A stretch of 64,000 nucleotides of DNA from assembly GCA_937903605.1 (NCBI GenBank), contig CALCZC010000007.1, positions 37,982-101,981 of the forward strand, read 5' to 3'. A program made the position numbers and the translations under genes. How positions within the stretch are numbered: the stretch's first letter is position 1; each line of letters opens with the position of its first letter. This DNA is from an uncultured bacterium. Lineage in GTDB: Bacteria > Patescibacteriota > Patescibacteriia > Magasanikbacterales > GWA2-37-8. This document shows positions 27,489 through 37,284 of the stretch, in pieces. The notes beneath the pieces are model-generated. The model did not search any database, had not been told where the DNA came from, and saw only the letters and a list, made by a program, of their open reading frames with translations.

Positions 27489-27635
27489 TCTCTTGACAAT
27501 CCCTCTGTTTTATGTCAATATACGTTGTTTAGTCTCAATATCTGCGCTAAAATAAAAAATATAAATAGCTCTTTAATAATTTTTTAATGTGTTATAAACT
27601 TTTTGCAAGGAGAGTGTCATGAAAAAGAACATCTT
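27489..27635 (+). repeat. About 147-bp promoter/leader repeat (copy 2)
   Basis: Identical to 25224-25370. Confidence 0.7.
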
Positions 27636-28143
27636 TTCGGTCACGGTTGTAACCATTGCCTTTACCTTCATTTTCATCGCCTGTGGCGGTGAGGAACCGA
27701 ACCTTCCTGATGATGATCAAGACAACGATGAAATCGTTGTTGTCGACGATGAGCCGGACAATGAACAACCCGATGATATCGTGGACGAAGAGCCGGTTGA
27801 CGATGACCAGCTTCCGCTGGAGGAAGTTTGCAAGAATTTCCTTGACTATGCCGGAAATTGGACTATCGTTGATATGAGTTTTACCGGTGATTTCAGTGTG
27901 ACCCTCTCAGTTGAAGGAGAGGAATGCAAGATATCTGTTGTTGGCACAACGGAATTGGCATGGATTTTTGCCTGGAAAGGGAAAGAGATGCCTCTTGCAT
28001 GCGCTGAATTTGCGCCTATGACTTATTTTTTTTACCTTGTGGGGAAAAATGAAGCTGGGAGAATGATCTGGATAAAAGGTTGGGATGAAGAAAGTTGTAA
28101 AGATGCTGAAGCGGCAATGGTTATAACGCTTGAGAAAAAATAG
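27619..28143 (+). CDS. Acidic lipoprotein, paralog C
   Basis: MKKNIFSVTVVTIAFTFIFIACGGEEPNLPDDDQDNDEIVVVDDEPDNEQPDDIVDEEPVDDDQ. C-terminal domain (CKNFLDYAGNWTIVDM...ECKISVVGT) resembles paralog B (CEKLLDIVGDWTSINI...NCEVAVEWT). Confidence 0.6.
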   Translation: MKKNIFSVTVVTIAFTFIFIACGGEEPNLPDDDQDNDEIVVVDDEPDNEQPDDIVDEEPVDDDQLPLEEVCKNFLDYAGNWTIVDMSFTGDFSVTLSVEGEECKISVVGTTELAWIFAWKGKEMPLACAEFAPMTYFFYLVGKNEAGRMIWIKGWDEESCKDAEAAMVITLEKK

Positions 28144-28177
28144 CAGGAGGTAAAAATGCACACAAATACAAGCTAAA

Positions 28178-28206
28178 AGCCAGGGTAAAACCCTGGCTCT
28201 TTTTTA
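28178..28206 (+). terminator. Rho-independent terminator after lipoprotein C
   Basis: AGCCAGGG TAAAA CCCTGGCT + TTTTTTT. Confidence 0.6.
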
Positions 28207-28256
28207 TTCTTTATATCAACTTTATATACTTAATACTAAATACTTAATACTTTATA

Positions 28257-31200
28257 CTATTCTACTATTACATTTCCATTATATTCTATCCAGGGATACA
28301 TTGGAGAAGCAGGATTACCATTTTCAGGTACACAATCGCTTGCCGCACCATCTGCATAACACCCATAATTCCTTGTTCCATAAGGATTATTCGTAGTGCA
28401 TCTCCCACTACACCACCCCCAATTATCCAAAACCTGGACTCGCGGAGTACTAGTACTTGGAGTACTGGTATAAGTAAAGTGAAATTCGTATGGCGTGTTT
28501 TTGCAACCAGTACCATCTGTACCGCTCTTATTTCCAAAACTTCCCGGATCATTGTCTCCTTCTACAAAAGTAACACAGCGAGATGTTTGAACTGTCATCT
28601 TACCTCCAGCTTTCTTTTTTGCATCATAAAATACACAGTCTTCAGCTTTGTTACAAGGAATTTGATATTGATAGTTTGCTGGTTCATATTCACACCATCC
28701 AACGTGAGTACAAAGCGGTTTGCGGTTAGCAATACTGCGAGCTTCCAAAACTATTGCGGGGTCTTCGGTTTTTGTTTGATACATTATCCGACGTACCGGC
28801 ATTTGTGCCGGGTCAGCCCAAGCATAAAATTCCAGAGCCACATCGGAATTAGGACTTACGGTACAATTACCACCACTTAACAATTCATCACTACAATTTG
28901 ACTTATTAACCACTACTGTATTTAAAGCAAATGTTTTACAATCAGGTTTTCCACCTGCGGCTTTATAAGCCTCGCAATCCGCAGATCCGGGAGATAGTTG
29001 TATAGGCGCAGCAATCACTGGTGGTTTGATATTAACGTCACAACTCGAAGCCCTTTCAGGACTGGCACAATCTATTGGGGATTTAAAAGTTAATTTGGTT
29101 GGCTCCTTGAATTCATTTACCGAGCTGGTTGGGAAGACCCTGACAAACATATTTTTTAACATTTCCCCATATTTAAGGTCTTCTAAACTATAAATTCCAA
29201 ATCTAGGAAAACTAATTTCTGTTTCTATGTCATTTCTATTTTCATAAGAAATCAAGGGACTACGTACACGTTCACGTTCATCCAAATAAAAACCAAATTC
29301 ATTTGTTTTTCCCCCATAATATGTAGTCAAGAAAGGATTTGTCAAATCGGGAAAGGTAAAGTAGCCTGTCATATCCAACTTCGGTTCCTTGATGCCCTGA
29401 AAATAAGATCTATTTAAAGTATACGAATTGGTAGCAAAACGAGTGCTAGCCGTTTCATCTTTTGGAATATTGTAAACCGTATATGTTTGATCAGGATATA
29501 GCGTATCACCCATATTGGTTTTTCCTTTGATTAATCTCCAAGTAACTGGTTTGGCGTCAATGGCAATTTCAGCTGCTTGGGCACTTGCCCCTGGAGGACG
29601 ACTATTTTTTGAAACTTTGGCAAACTCTGTACAAGAACCATCAGAAAAATGTATGACAAAGAAAAAATTAATACCTGCTGTATGACCAGCATTATCATGT
29701 AAATCCAGTTGCGCACCGAGTAATTGATCATCGCTCCCCCAAATAATCCTTGCACCAAAACCATCAAAATCGGTTTCATATGAATTAGCTTCAAATTTTG
29801 TAGGACTTGTCGGCAAACCAAAAGTATCTTCTGTTTCGCTATAAAAAAACATTTTTTTCTTGTCCTTTGATTCAAAATAATCATACTCCTCACCTTCTCC
29901 TTTATTAGCCATAACCTTAACTTCCCAAATAGTTTTTCCATCCTTCTTGTAAGTACTTTTTCTTATTAATTGTTCTCTGTTATTACCATCTTTTAGCGGT
30001 ACTCCGAGTTTAGATTGCTTAATACAAACATCTTCCAAATCGTTTTCGCAATCATAACTTTTTTTATCGGTCGAATTTTTTTCTTTGGGCGAACAATCTA
30101 CTCCCTCTGTCAAATAACAACCGGTAATCTCTTTATTTTCAAAAGTAATAATGTTGTTGTTGAAAAATTGTTCTGTTGCTATTGGATTATCTGTACCATT
30201 CGCGACTATCCAGCCGGGAGACTCTCCTATACCAAAAAAATTAACCACGCCCTTTTTCTTCAATTCTTGGTAAGTTTTCCCCAAAACTAAATCTATTTTG
30301 ACCACATCTGTTTTCTTGATTTTTCCATTATTGTAAAAAGACGGTTCTGTAGCAGGAGTAAAAACACCAGTGAGTCTATCTTGAAATTCGCTGACTTTAT
30401 TATTATCAAGACTTAATGGACAATATACTCGAGTGTTATCTTTTTTTAGACTTTCAATAACTCCTTGTCTTAGAACAGGAAAAACCTTATTATCCATATC
30501 ATTGAAACATTTCAGTATATGAGCATTCGGTGGTAAATTATAAACCATGGCCGAAGAAACGTAGTTATGGTATGTAATCGTCTGAGAAGCTTGAACCATC
30601 CAATCAACTACCACACCTAGAGCTGCCACCCAACCGAATATAGAACTTACCGAAGCTGCAACAGCTGCCGCAATAGAGGCTGCAACCGCTCCGCCTATGG
30701 CTCCCGCTATACCTGTAATAAGGGCTGTCGTTCCAGCTACCATGCCAAAAGTTAAGGGGAACGAGCCACCATCAACCCAAGCAACACCTACGGCCGCATA
30801 TTTTTCCTCGTTGTTTATTGCTAATGCAGCATCTGTCATTTCTTGTGTTGAAGTAGAAAAACAAACATATTCTTCATCAATCTCATCTACGAGATATACT
30901 TCGCCAATCTTTCCTCCTGGTGTAGTTGTACAATACCCAGCATCACTCATTTGTTGAGTACATTTCAATGTATCCACTTGCATGTATGGCTTTGTACATC
31001 CTCCCCTAGTTAAATAAGCTGTTTCACACACACATCCTTTTTCCCATACCACCTGTTTGCTTGTAAAAAACTTATCACTTTTTACCATATTTATAGAAAA
31101 AGCATTGGCACCAGCTCCACCCAGATCAACGCAATTATCATTATCACCACCTAGATCACAATATTTGAAAACATCCACAGTGGTTGTCCTGCTTTCAACT

Positions 31201-34200
31201 TCTACATTTTTGGCATTATCGATCTCTCCTGCGCTAACAGGGTTACCTGCGTTAAAATAAAATTCTAAATTTGGCAAGGGTTTCAATTTTAACGGCTGAT
31301 TGGCAATACACATATATCTATCCTTGGTATCATTTCCTTCATAAGCGGCTTTTTTATCAATTATCCAAATATCCGGCGCACCAGGAGGAACCTCCACCGG
31401 CCACCAAGTCAAACAAGGATTTTGTTCTGGTTCCCCATAAAGCTTATACTTGGGATTTTTTTCTACACAATAACCTTGCCAACCTCTAACCTCGTTTACA
31501 CTTTTTTTATTAGCGCAAATTCCTCCTCCACATTGTTCGCTATTAACACACGGTGTTCCTTCGGTTTCAAGCGAACCGCCAATACAAATACTTTGGGATT
31601 CCCTTTCTGTCCCTAAAGGAAAATAAACAAACTGGTTATTATATTCTACTTTTTTATAACTACAATCACAGGAATCCTCTTTATTTACAGTGGTACAAAT
31701 TTCTAAAGCCTTATTTTTAACAAGATATGCGTAAGCACTCCTAGAAACAGGTGTCACTCCTTCGATTGTTTCAATAATACCCCATGGATCAAATGGACTG
31801 TTTTCTTCCGGATAACCACGACAAGAAAGTTCACCGGAAGTCCTGAGTTTGCCACGATTTCTTATCATATTATTTTCTATTCCACCGGTAATAGGATATA
31901 TACACTCTCCACCTAAACACAAACCTTCTTTATTTAAACCACAAGACTTTGTCATGGTATTATCAAACTTGTTACATTCCTGAACATTTCCTTGACCAGG
32001 GACAAAAATATTTCCACTATTTTCCCAATGGACCAAGCGCGGTTCAAAATAAACACCTTCTTCTCCACTACTTTGCACCAAATTACCCACATTATATGGT
32101 TCAACATCGTTCATACGAATATACCTTACTCCCAAAGACGGAATCTGATAAGAATTGTGTAAAGTATAACCACTTAATTCCGGATCTGCCCAATTAACAC
32201 CTCTGCTTCTATAATTACTGGTGGTTATTTTTGAATTTCTCCAAGCCCAGCTATCCAAAGTAACATTTTGATCGCAATTTCCTTCTGAAAACATACCTGG
32301 GAGAGATTTACTACACAAACCAAAGCTATAGCATCTGGCTTTATCATCTTCTACTTGATAATTGTTACAATACATCCAAAGATTGCATTCGCGATCACGG
32401 GCAACTTTTACCAAAATATTGGCGTCTCTAGTCTCTGTTTCTACCGGTGGCACCGGAGCTCCTTTGACCGCGTTGGAAGCCTCATAAGTAGCTTCTGTGT
32501 TATATTTTTTATTTGGATTATTTACTTGATCAAGTAATACACAACCATAATTCACACTCGCGCCATTGGGACATTCTTCGTTTATTTTTTCACTCAATTT
32601 CCCATTATCAATGAGATAGTAAGAATTGGCAGCCGGAATACAAGTATCCCCTTGTTGAGAGCTGCAATCTTTATCGTATTCACATTTCATCCCTGATATG
32701 CTGCATTTTTTAACCGAAACATCGTTATGATCGTCAAATCTAGAACAACCATCTTGAGAAGAAGGGCACTCGCCTACATAGCCTCTGTAGCTTGTCGTAT
32801 TACCAAACGGTGGCAAAGAAATGCCAAGACCGGTAGCACAAACCTGTGTTTCATCATCTTTTAACACCCATTTACCGATTTTGGAATTACCAACGGTTTC
32901 CTCTTTATAAACACAAACTTTTTTACCAATGTTTTCCGGATCTTTAAAATAATAATTTCCTGAACCGGAACGCCAAACATCACACCCTTCAGCTTCTTTG
33001 GTACAGAGAATTCCACGATTATTACTACCTGACGATTCATAGCGAGTAGGATCGTTGATAATATAGGCATCTTCAAAAACGTATGTATTGGTGACATTTT
33101 TATATCCTTTACCCATCAAAGTACAGCCAACATTGTCTTTGTTACAAAAATTATTTACATTATCATTTTTTCTAATTGTCAAATAAATAGGCGAACTTGT
33201 TGGAGAAGTCTGTTTATAAACCAAAACCGTTGAAGTGGTAAACGCAGCACCGGTTAAAGAGCTTTGTCCGATACCGGAAGCATTTACATAACAACCGCCT
33301 TCGCCATCGGGCACAATACAATCATAATTTATACCGTTGATTTGAATAGTTGGTTTATTGCCAACCTCCGGTTTTTGTAAACCTAGATTAAATATCTGCC
33401 AAGTGGTGCTGGCGATATTACTACCTTTATTGTAAGTATCAACCAAACGAGTACAACCAATAGCCCCATCTCTGCAAAGATAACTGAAATTGTGTAAATA
33501 AATATTATCTTTACTAAGCGGAGATTTGTAAGCACGACAACCCAAGGCAGAACCTGGGAGGTTATCTTTTTGATCAAGATCGCATGATGCAGGAACCGAA
33601 AGTTTATCTTTTACCAGATAAACTGTGTCGTCTATACTTTTTAACGAAACATTATCCAAGAAGATAACTCCTCCAGCTCTATTATAATCTAAAAATATTA
33701 TATGAGCCCCTTCACCAGATGGCACACTCCCGCTAATAGCGGGATTACTTATTACGAATTCATAACGACGCCAATTGTCTGTCAAATTAACAGTTCCAAC
33801 ATTGTAGGTAAAGCCATTACCCAAAGTGATATCCCATCTTTTTGTACCTTTGGCTAAGAAAGAAAGTGAATAAACTCCGGTATTTTTTATATCCGTATTA
33901 TAATGTCTAAAACCTCGAGTAGCAGTACCGCTATTTGCCGCCACTGTAACTTTCAAAGATTTACCAAAATTGGATAACGTTTCTTCTGACAAAGAGATGG
34001 TAGTACCATTGTCAGCACTTTCGCTTGTCTTCCACCAGCCCCTTTTTGTATTGGAAACCATATTAGTCAAACCGATACCAGAGTCAAAACTATATGTAGG
34101 GAAAATATCTCTTATATTATTACCAGTGTTACCTTGATATTTGCGACATGATACTTTGTCTTGAGAACAAATTTTACTTTCAGCCCCACCAGCAACCACA

Positions 34201-37187
34201 ATATTTTGAGGTAAACCGTTGTAAATACAAAAACCTGTTGCCGTATCATAAAAAACAACATTGTCATTGCTGGCTGCGTTTTTCAAACCATCAAAACCAC
34301 CTAGACAATTTGTTTTGTTGCCGGAAATATCATAAAATTCAGATTTTACCGCTCTATACGGCGTACATTTATCCGATACTACCACTGTCTTGCTAAAATA
34401 AGCGTGATAAACTATACCTTGATCATCACGAAAAGCCCGACAATCTCCGGAAATGTCTGTTGCAGCAGTAGTAGAATTACAAGGAGCCATACCTGATTTT
34501 TCCGCTGGATCACGAAAATATTGAGCCGGCTGTTCACCGTTTTTGAGCAAAGTATAACTCTTGAGTTTATAACCTCCCCCTTCTCTTCCTTCGTAAGTAT
34601 AAAAATTCTTTTGTCTATTTTGATCCGGAGTCATGCACAGCCGCAAATCGCTGTAATATTCTGTCTGCACATTGCCGCCGGCAGTCACATTGAGATTTAC
34701 AAAAGCACTACAACCCTCTTCCTCCGAATCACATGTTGCTTCAACTTTGGGAATAATATAAACCAAGTCGTTGCCGTTACTATATTTGGTTTTCATTTCT
34801 TTATAAGAATTGTACCCTTCGCAAACAGATGGACATTCATCGTTCATAACAATTCCCCCGCTAACGTTTGCACGTCTAATAAACTTACCAACTATAGTTT
34901 CTTCTTTTGAACCTTCAAAAACAGCTAGAGGTAACTTGGTATACTGATTACAGCCTTCTTCTTCCGGTAAACAAATTCCGGCGTAATTAGCACATTCTGC
35001 CGGATTAACCGGTTTGATTTGATTAAGTTCTGATAAAGTTCTCGGCCATTGGATACCATTGTCCGGATTACTGTCTTTATCATAACAGCGTAAATAGTCC
35101 GGGGCTTTTTTGATAAATAATTCCTGACCAATTTCTTTGGTATTGGAAGCGTTGGTAATAACTGAAAATACTCGACTACAGCCGGCATTCTCGGCTTTGC
35201 ATGTCAAAACTTGATTATTAAAAAAATAAGAATAATTATTGCGAAAAGCACCGATTCCATCGGGAGTAGTGCTTGACAAAGCAGTAATATTTATTGTTGG
35301 AGAATATTTTTCTTGCCATTGTCCTACATTATTTTTATAAGCGGTGAAAAAGGTACAGCCAGCATTTTGTTCACTACACCAAGTATTGTCCAAGGTCTTC
35401 TGTAAATAAGTGACATTTTTACCTTTGGAAGAAGTAAATGATTTGCATGTATCATATTGACTGTCGCAATAATCAGCATTAAAGCGCCAAATATTTTTTT
35501 CTTCTAAACAATAACCATAAGCATTACAATTTCCTTTACTGTCATAGCCTACGCAACTCTGTAAATCCGCGCATTCTTCTTGTCTTATGGATATATCATC
35601 GTCAATTGTTCGTCCAGTATAAACAATCGCTTTACATCTAGTTTTTGGCATTTTCAATATCCAGTTGGGATTTACCATTTTATAATACTTAGAAGATGGA
35701 TTGTGAAAACCAGCCAAAACCTCAGAAAGTTTTGGTGGTGTTCCGGTTGCAGTTGCGGCTAAAATTTCCATACCTAACGGCCAGACTCTGGCTTTGCGCA
35801 ATACTTTGATATTGTCATAACAATAGGCTGATTCATAACATCTATCCCCTTTTGAAGCTATGCTTTCATCGGTTTGAAGACCTATTATTTGATGATCATC
35901 TATTTTTTCATATTGCAACGCTTCAGCAATTGTTAGAGGTCGCCCGTTCATATCAACCTCGCGTAAATAATCAGCAAATTTTTCATCCAAAATACAATTT
36001 TCCGCTGTATCACTACTATCATGATTACAAGTTCTAAAAAGAGCGAGTAAATCGTAATTATCATCGGATTTATTTTTAGCAATCAAAAGATCAGCAAAAA
36101 TCATTGCTGCTTCTTGTCGGAAAGTAGAAGCTCTAGCATCTTCATAATATCCTTCGGCAGTATATTTACTCTCTACACAAGTATCTATAGCTAGACCACC
36201 TATTTTCAAATAACTCGGGACACATTTGATTTTTCCTAAACCAAACGGGAACATCCCTTTATTAACAAAATTATCCACCATGGTACCGGCAAAAGTATTG
36301 ATGAAAGTGGCTGCAGCATTTTTCAGAACCTGGATACTTCCTTTTGTCAAAGCCGCTCCCATATAGACAGCGGTAGTTTGTTTTTCCGATTCGGCTTTTG
36401 CCGCCGGACCCGAACCGCGCAGTGTATCTCTATTAACTTCTGCCGGAGTCAAAACATCTTTGGAAATCAAAGAACTGAGAGCCTTGGTTCCTCCGTCTGA
36501 AGTACGCTCAGCTTTGGCTGCTTCCTCGGCTTTGAGAGTATAATCATCAATTTTACCTTTAGCTGCCAATCCTATACCCATATCAGTATCTGTAATATCC
36601 AAAGAAGCATTAAAAGTTTTGGAAAAATTTTCTCCATTGGCTCCCCAATATTTACTCTTGATGCCTTCAGCACTATAATTATCACGTAATTGTTGCCAGG
36701 TACAAGACGGTTTTTCTAAATCTGAATAACCCAAGTGCAAACCCATTTTCAAAGCCAAATCTAACTTCACATCCGGTAAGGCGCAAAGATTGAAGCCTAT
36801 ACCCTGTCCAAAACTATCTAATGCCGTTCCCAAAGCATCGCTGGCCACACCGGCAAAATAATTTCCTACGCTTTTCCTGTGAAACAACGGTGATTGCCCC
36901 CAATTTCCCGAAGCCAAAGAAACCGCCAAATCATAAGAAACTTTATTCAACATATAATCAACTCCTTTTACCACACCCAGCATTACCGCATCTAGAAGAT
37001 TATTCTTTATTTTGGTTAAGTTTTTTTCCAATTGTTCTCTGATAGTTTGTCCGGCTTGTTGGCTTTCAACCCCAGGAGCCGCGACCGTAAGCTGAGCTTT
37101 GGCTGAAGAAAAAGGTATAAGAGAAAAACAAAAAATAAGCAGAAGAAAAATTGCTATCAGCTTATTTATATTATTAAAAAATTTCAT
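28257..37187 (-). CDS. Giant secreted Cys-rich surface protein (2976 aa) with an internal Gly/Ala-rich two-TM hairpin and the conserved C-terminal NWGWC module
   Basis: Signal peptide MKFFNNINKLIAIFLLLIFCFSLIPFSSAKA. Many Cys throughout. Hydrophobic GSFPLTFGMVAGTTALITGIAGAIGGAVAASIAAAVAASVSSIFGWVAALGVVVDW (about nt 30600-30770). C-terminus PRVQVLDNWGWCSGRCTTNNPYGTRNYGCYADGAASDCVPENGNPASPMYPWIEYNGNVIVE. Confidence 0.7.
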   Translation of the reverse strand: MKFFNNINKLIAIFLLLIFCFSLIPFSSAKAQLTVAAPGVESQQAGQTIREQLEKNLTKIKNNLLDAVMLGVVKGVDYMLNKVSYDLAVSLASGNWGQSPLFHRKSVGNYFAGVASDALGTALDSFGQGIGFNLCALPDVKLDLALKMGLHLGYSDLEKPSCTWQQLRDNYSAEGIKSKYWGANGENFSKTFNASLDITDTDMGIGLAAKGKIDDYTLKAEEAAKAERTSDGGTKALSSLISKDVLTPAEVNRDTLRGSGPAAKAESEKQTTAVYMGAALTKGSIQVLKNAAATFINTFAGTMVDNFVNKGMFPFGLGKIKCVPSYLKIGGLAIDTCVESKYTAEGYYEDARASTFRQEAAMIFADLLIAKNKSDDNYDLLALFRTCNHDSSDTAENCILDEKFADYLREVDMNGRPLTIAEALQYEKIDDHQIIGLQTDESIASKGDRCYESAYCYDNIKVLRKARVWPLGMEILAATATGTPPKLSEVLAGFHNPSSKYYKMVNPNWILKMPKTRCKAIVYTGRTIDDDISIRQEECADLQSCVGYDSKGNCNAYGYCLEEKNIWRFNADYCDSQYDTCKSFTSSKGKNVTYLQKTLDNTWCSEQNAGCTFFTAYKNNVGQWQEKYSPTINITALSSTTPDGIGAFRNNYSYFFNNQVLTCKAENAGCSRVFSVITNASNTKEIGQELFIKKAPDYLRCYDKDSNPDNGIQWPRTLSELNQIKPVNPAECANYAGICLPEEEGCNQYTKLPLAVFEGSKEETIVGKFIRRANVSGGIVMNDECPSVCEGYNSYKEMKTKYSNGNDLVYIIPKVEATCDSEEEGCSAFVNLNVTAGGNVQTEYYSDLRLCMTPDQNRQKNFYTYEGREGGGYKLKSYTLLKNGEQPAQYFRDPAEKSGMAPCNSTTAATDISGDCRAFRDDQGIVYHAYFSKTVVVSDKCTPYRAVKSEFYDISGNKTNCLGGFDGLKNAASNDNVVFYDTATGFCIYNGLPQNIVVAGGAESKICSQDKVSCRKYQGNTGNNIRDIFPTYSFDSGIGLTNMVSNTKRGWWKTSESADNGTTISLSEETLSNFGKSLKVTVAANSGTATRGFRHYNTDIKNTGVYSLSFLAKGTKRWDITLGNGFTYNVGTVNLTDNWRRYEFVISNPAISGSVPSGEGAHIIFLDYNRAGGVIFLDNVSLKSIDDTVYLVKDKLSVPASCDLDQKDNLPGSALGCRAYKSPLSKDNIYLHNFSYLCRDGAIGCTRLVDTYNKGSNIASTTWQIFNLGLQKPEVGNKPTIQINGINYDCIVPDGEGGCYVNASGIGQSSLTGAAFTTSTVLVYKQTSPTSSPIYLTIRKNDNVNNFCNKDNVGCTLMGKGYKNVTNTYVFEDAYIINDPTRYESSGSNNRGILCTKEAEGCDVWRSGSGNYYFKDPENIGKKVCVYKEETVGNSKIGKWVLKDDETQVCATGLGISLPPFGNTTSYRGYVGECPSSQDGCSRFDDHNDVSVKKCSISGMKCEYDKDCSSQQGDTCIPAANSYYLIDNGKLSEKINEECPNGASVNYGCVLLDQVNNPNKKYNTEATYEASNAVKGAPVPPVETETRDANILVKVARDRECNLWMYCNNYQVEDDKARCYSFGLCSKSLPGMFSEGNCDQNVTLDSWAWRNSKITTSNYRSRGVNWADPELSGYTLHNSYQIPSLGVRYIRMNDVEPYNVGNLVQSSGEEGVYFEPRLVHWENSGNIFVPGQGNVQECNKFDNTMTKSCGLNKEGLCLGGECIYPITGGIENNMIRNRGKLRTSGELSCRGYPEENSPFDPWGIIETIEGVTPVSRSAYAYLVKNKALEICTTVNKEDSCDCSYKKVEYNNQFVYFPLGTERESQSICIGGSLETEGTPCVNSEQCGGGICANKKSVNEVRGWQGYCVEKNPKYKLYGEPEQNPCLTWWPVEVPPGAPDIWIIDKKAAYEGNDTKDRYMCIANQPLKLKPLPNLEFYFNAGNPVSAGEIDNAKNVEVESRTTTVDVFKYCDLGGDNDNCVDLGGAGANAFSINMVKSDKFFTSKQVVWEKGCVCETAYLTRGGCTKPYMQVDTLKCTQQMSDAGYCTTTPGGKIGEVYLVDEIDEEYVCFSTSTQEMTDAALAINNEEKYAAVGVAWVDGGSFPLTFGMVAGTTALITGIAGAIGGAVAASIAAAVAASVSSIFGWVAALGVVVDWMVQASQTITYHNYVSSAMVYNLPPNAHILKCFNDMDNKVFPVLRQGVIESLKKDNTRVYCPLSLDNNKVSEFQDRLTGVFTPATEPSFYNNGKIKKTDVVKIDLVLGKTYQELKKKGVVNFFGIGESPGWIVANGTDNPIATEQFFNNNIITFENKEITGCYLTEGVDCSPKEKNSTDKKSYDCENDLEDVCIKQSKLGVPLKDGNNREQLIRKSTYKKDGKTIWEVKVMANKGEGEEYDYFESKDKKKMFFYSETEDTFGLPTSPTKFEANSYETDFDGFGARIIWGSDDQLLGAQLDLHDNAGHTAGINFFFVIHFSDGSCTEFAKVSKNSRPPGASAQAAEIAIDAKPVTWRLIKGKTNMGDTLYPDQTYTVYNIPKDETASTRFATNSYTLNRSYFQGIKEPKLDMTGYFTFPDLTNPFLTTYYGGKTNEFGFYLDERERVRSPLISYENRNDIETEISFPRFGIYSLEDLKYGEMLKNMFVRVFPTSSVNEFKEPTKLTFKSPIDCASPERASSCDVNIKPPVIAAPIQLSPGSADCEAYKAAGGKPDCKTFALNTVVVNKSNCSDELLSGGNCTVSPNSDVALEFYAWADPAQMPVRRIMYQTKTEDPAIVLEARSIANRKPLCTHVGWCEYEPANYQYQIPCNKAEDCVFYDAKKKAGGKMTVQTSRCVTFVEGDNDPGSFGNKSGTDGTGCKNTPYEFHFTYTSTPSTSTPRVQVLDNWGWCSGRCTTNNPYGTRNYGCYADGAASDCVPENGNPASPMYPWIEYNGNVIVE

Positions 37188-37284
37188 ACTTTAAAGCAGA
37201 ACGAATTATTAATTATTGTTTATTGTTTATTAAAAAACTTTTATGTTTTTAAAAAATAAACAATAATCAATACGCAATAATTTT

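Noticed and set aside
23715-28444. Diversity-generating retroelement (TR/VR pair)
   Set aside because: No reverse transcriptase in the window. Copy differences include indels and are not adenine-specific. The two most similar copies are both orphans and identical to each other.
28286-36037. Numerous 60-135-aa ORFs on both strands inside the giant gene (for example 28479-28880, 29531-29941, 34521-34910)
   Set aside because: They are embedded within a continuous 8.9-kb reading frame with a coherent secreted-protein composition. These are antisense or out-of-frame artefacts.
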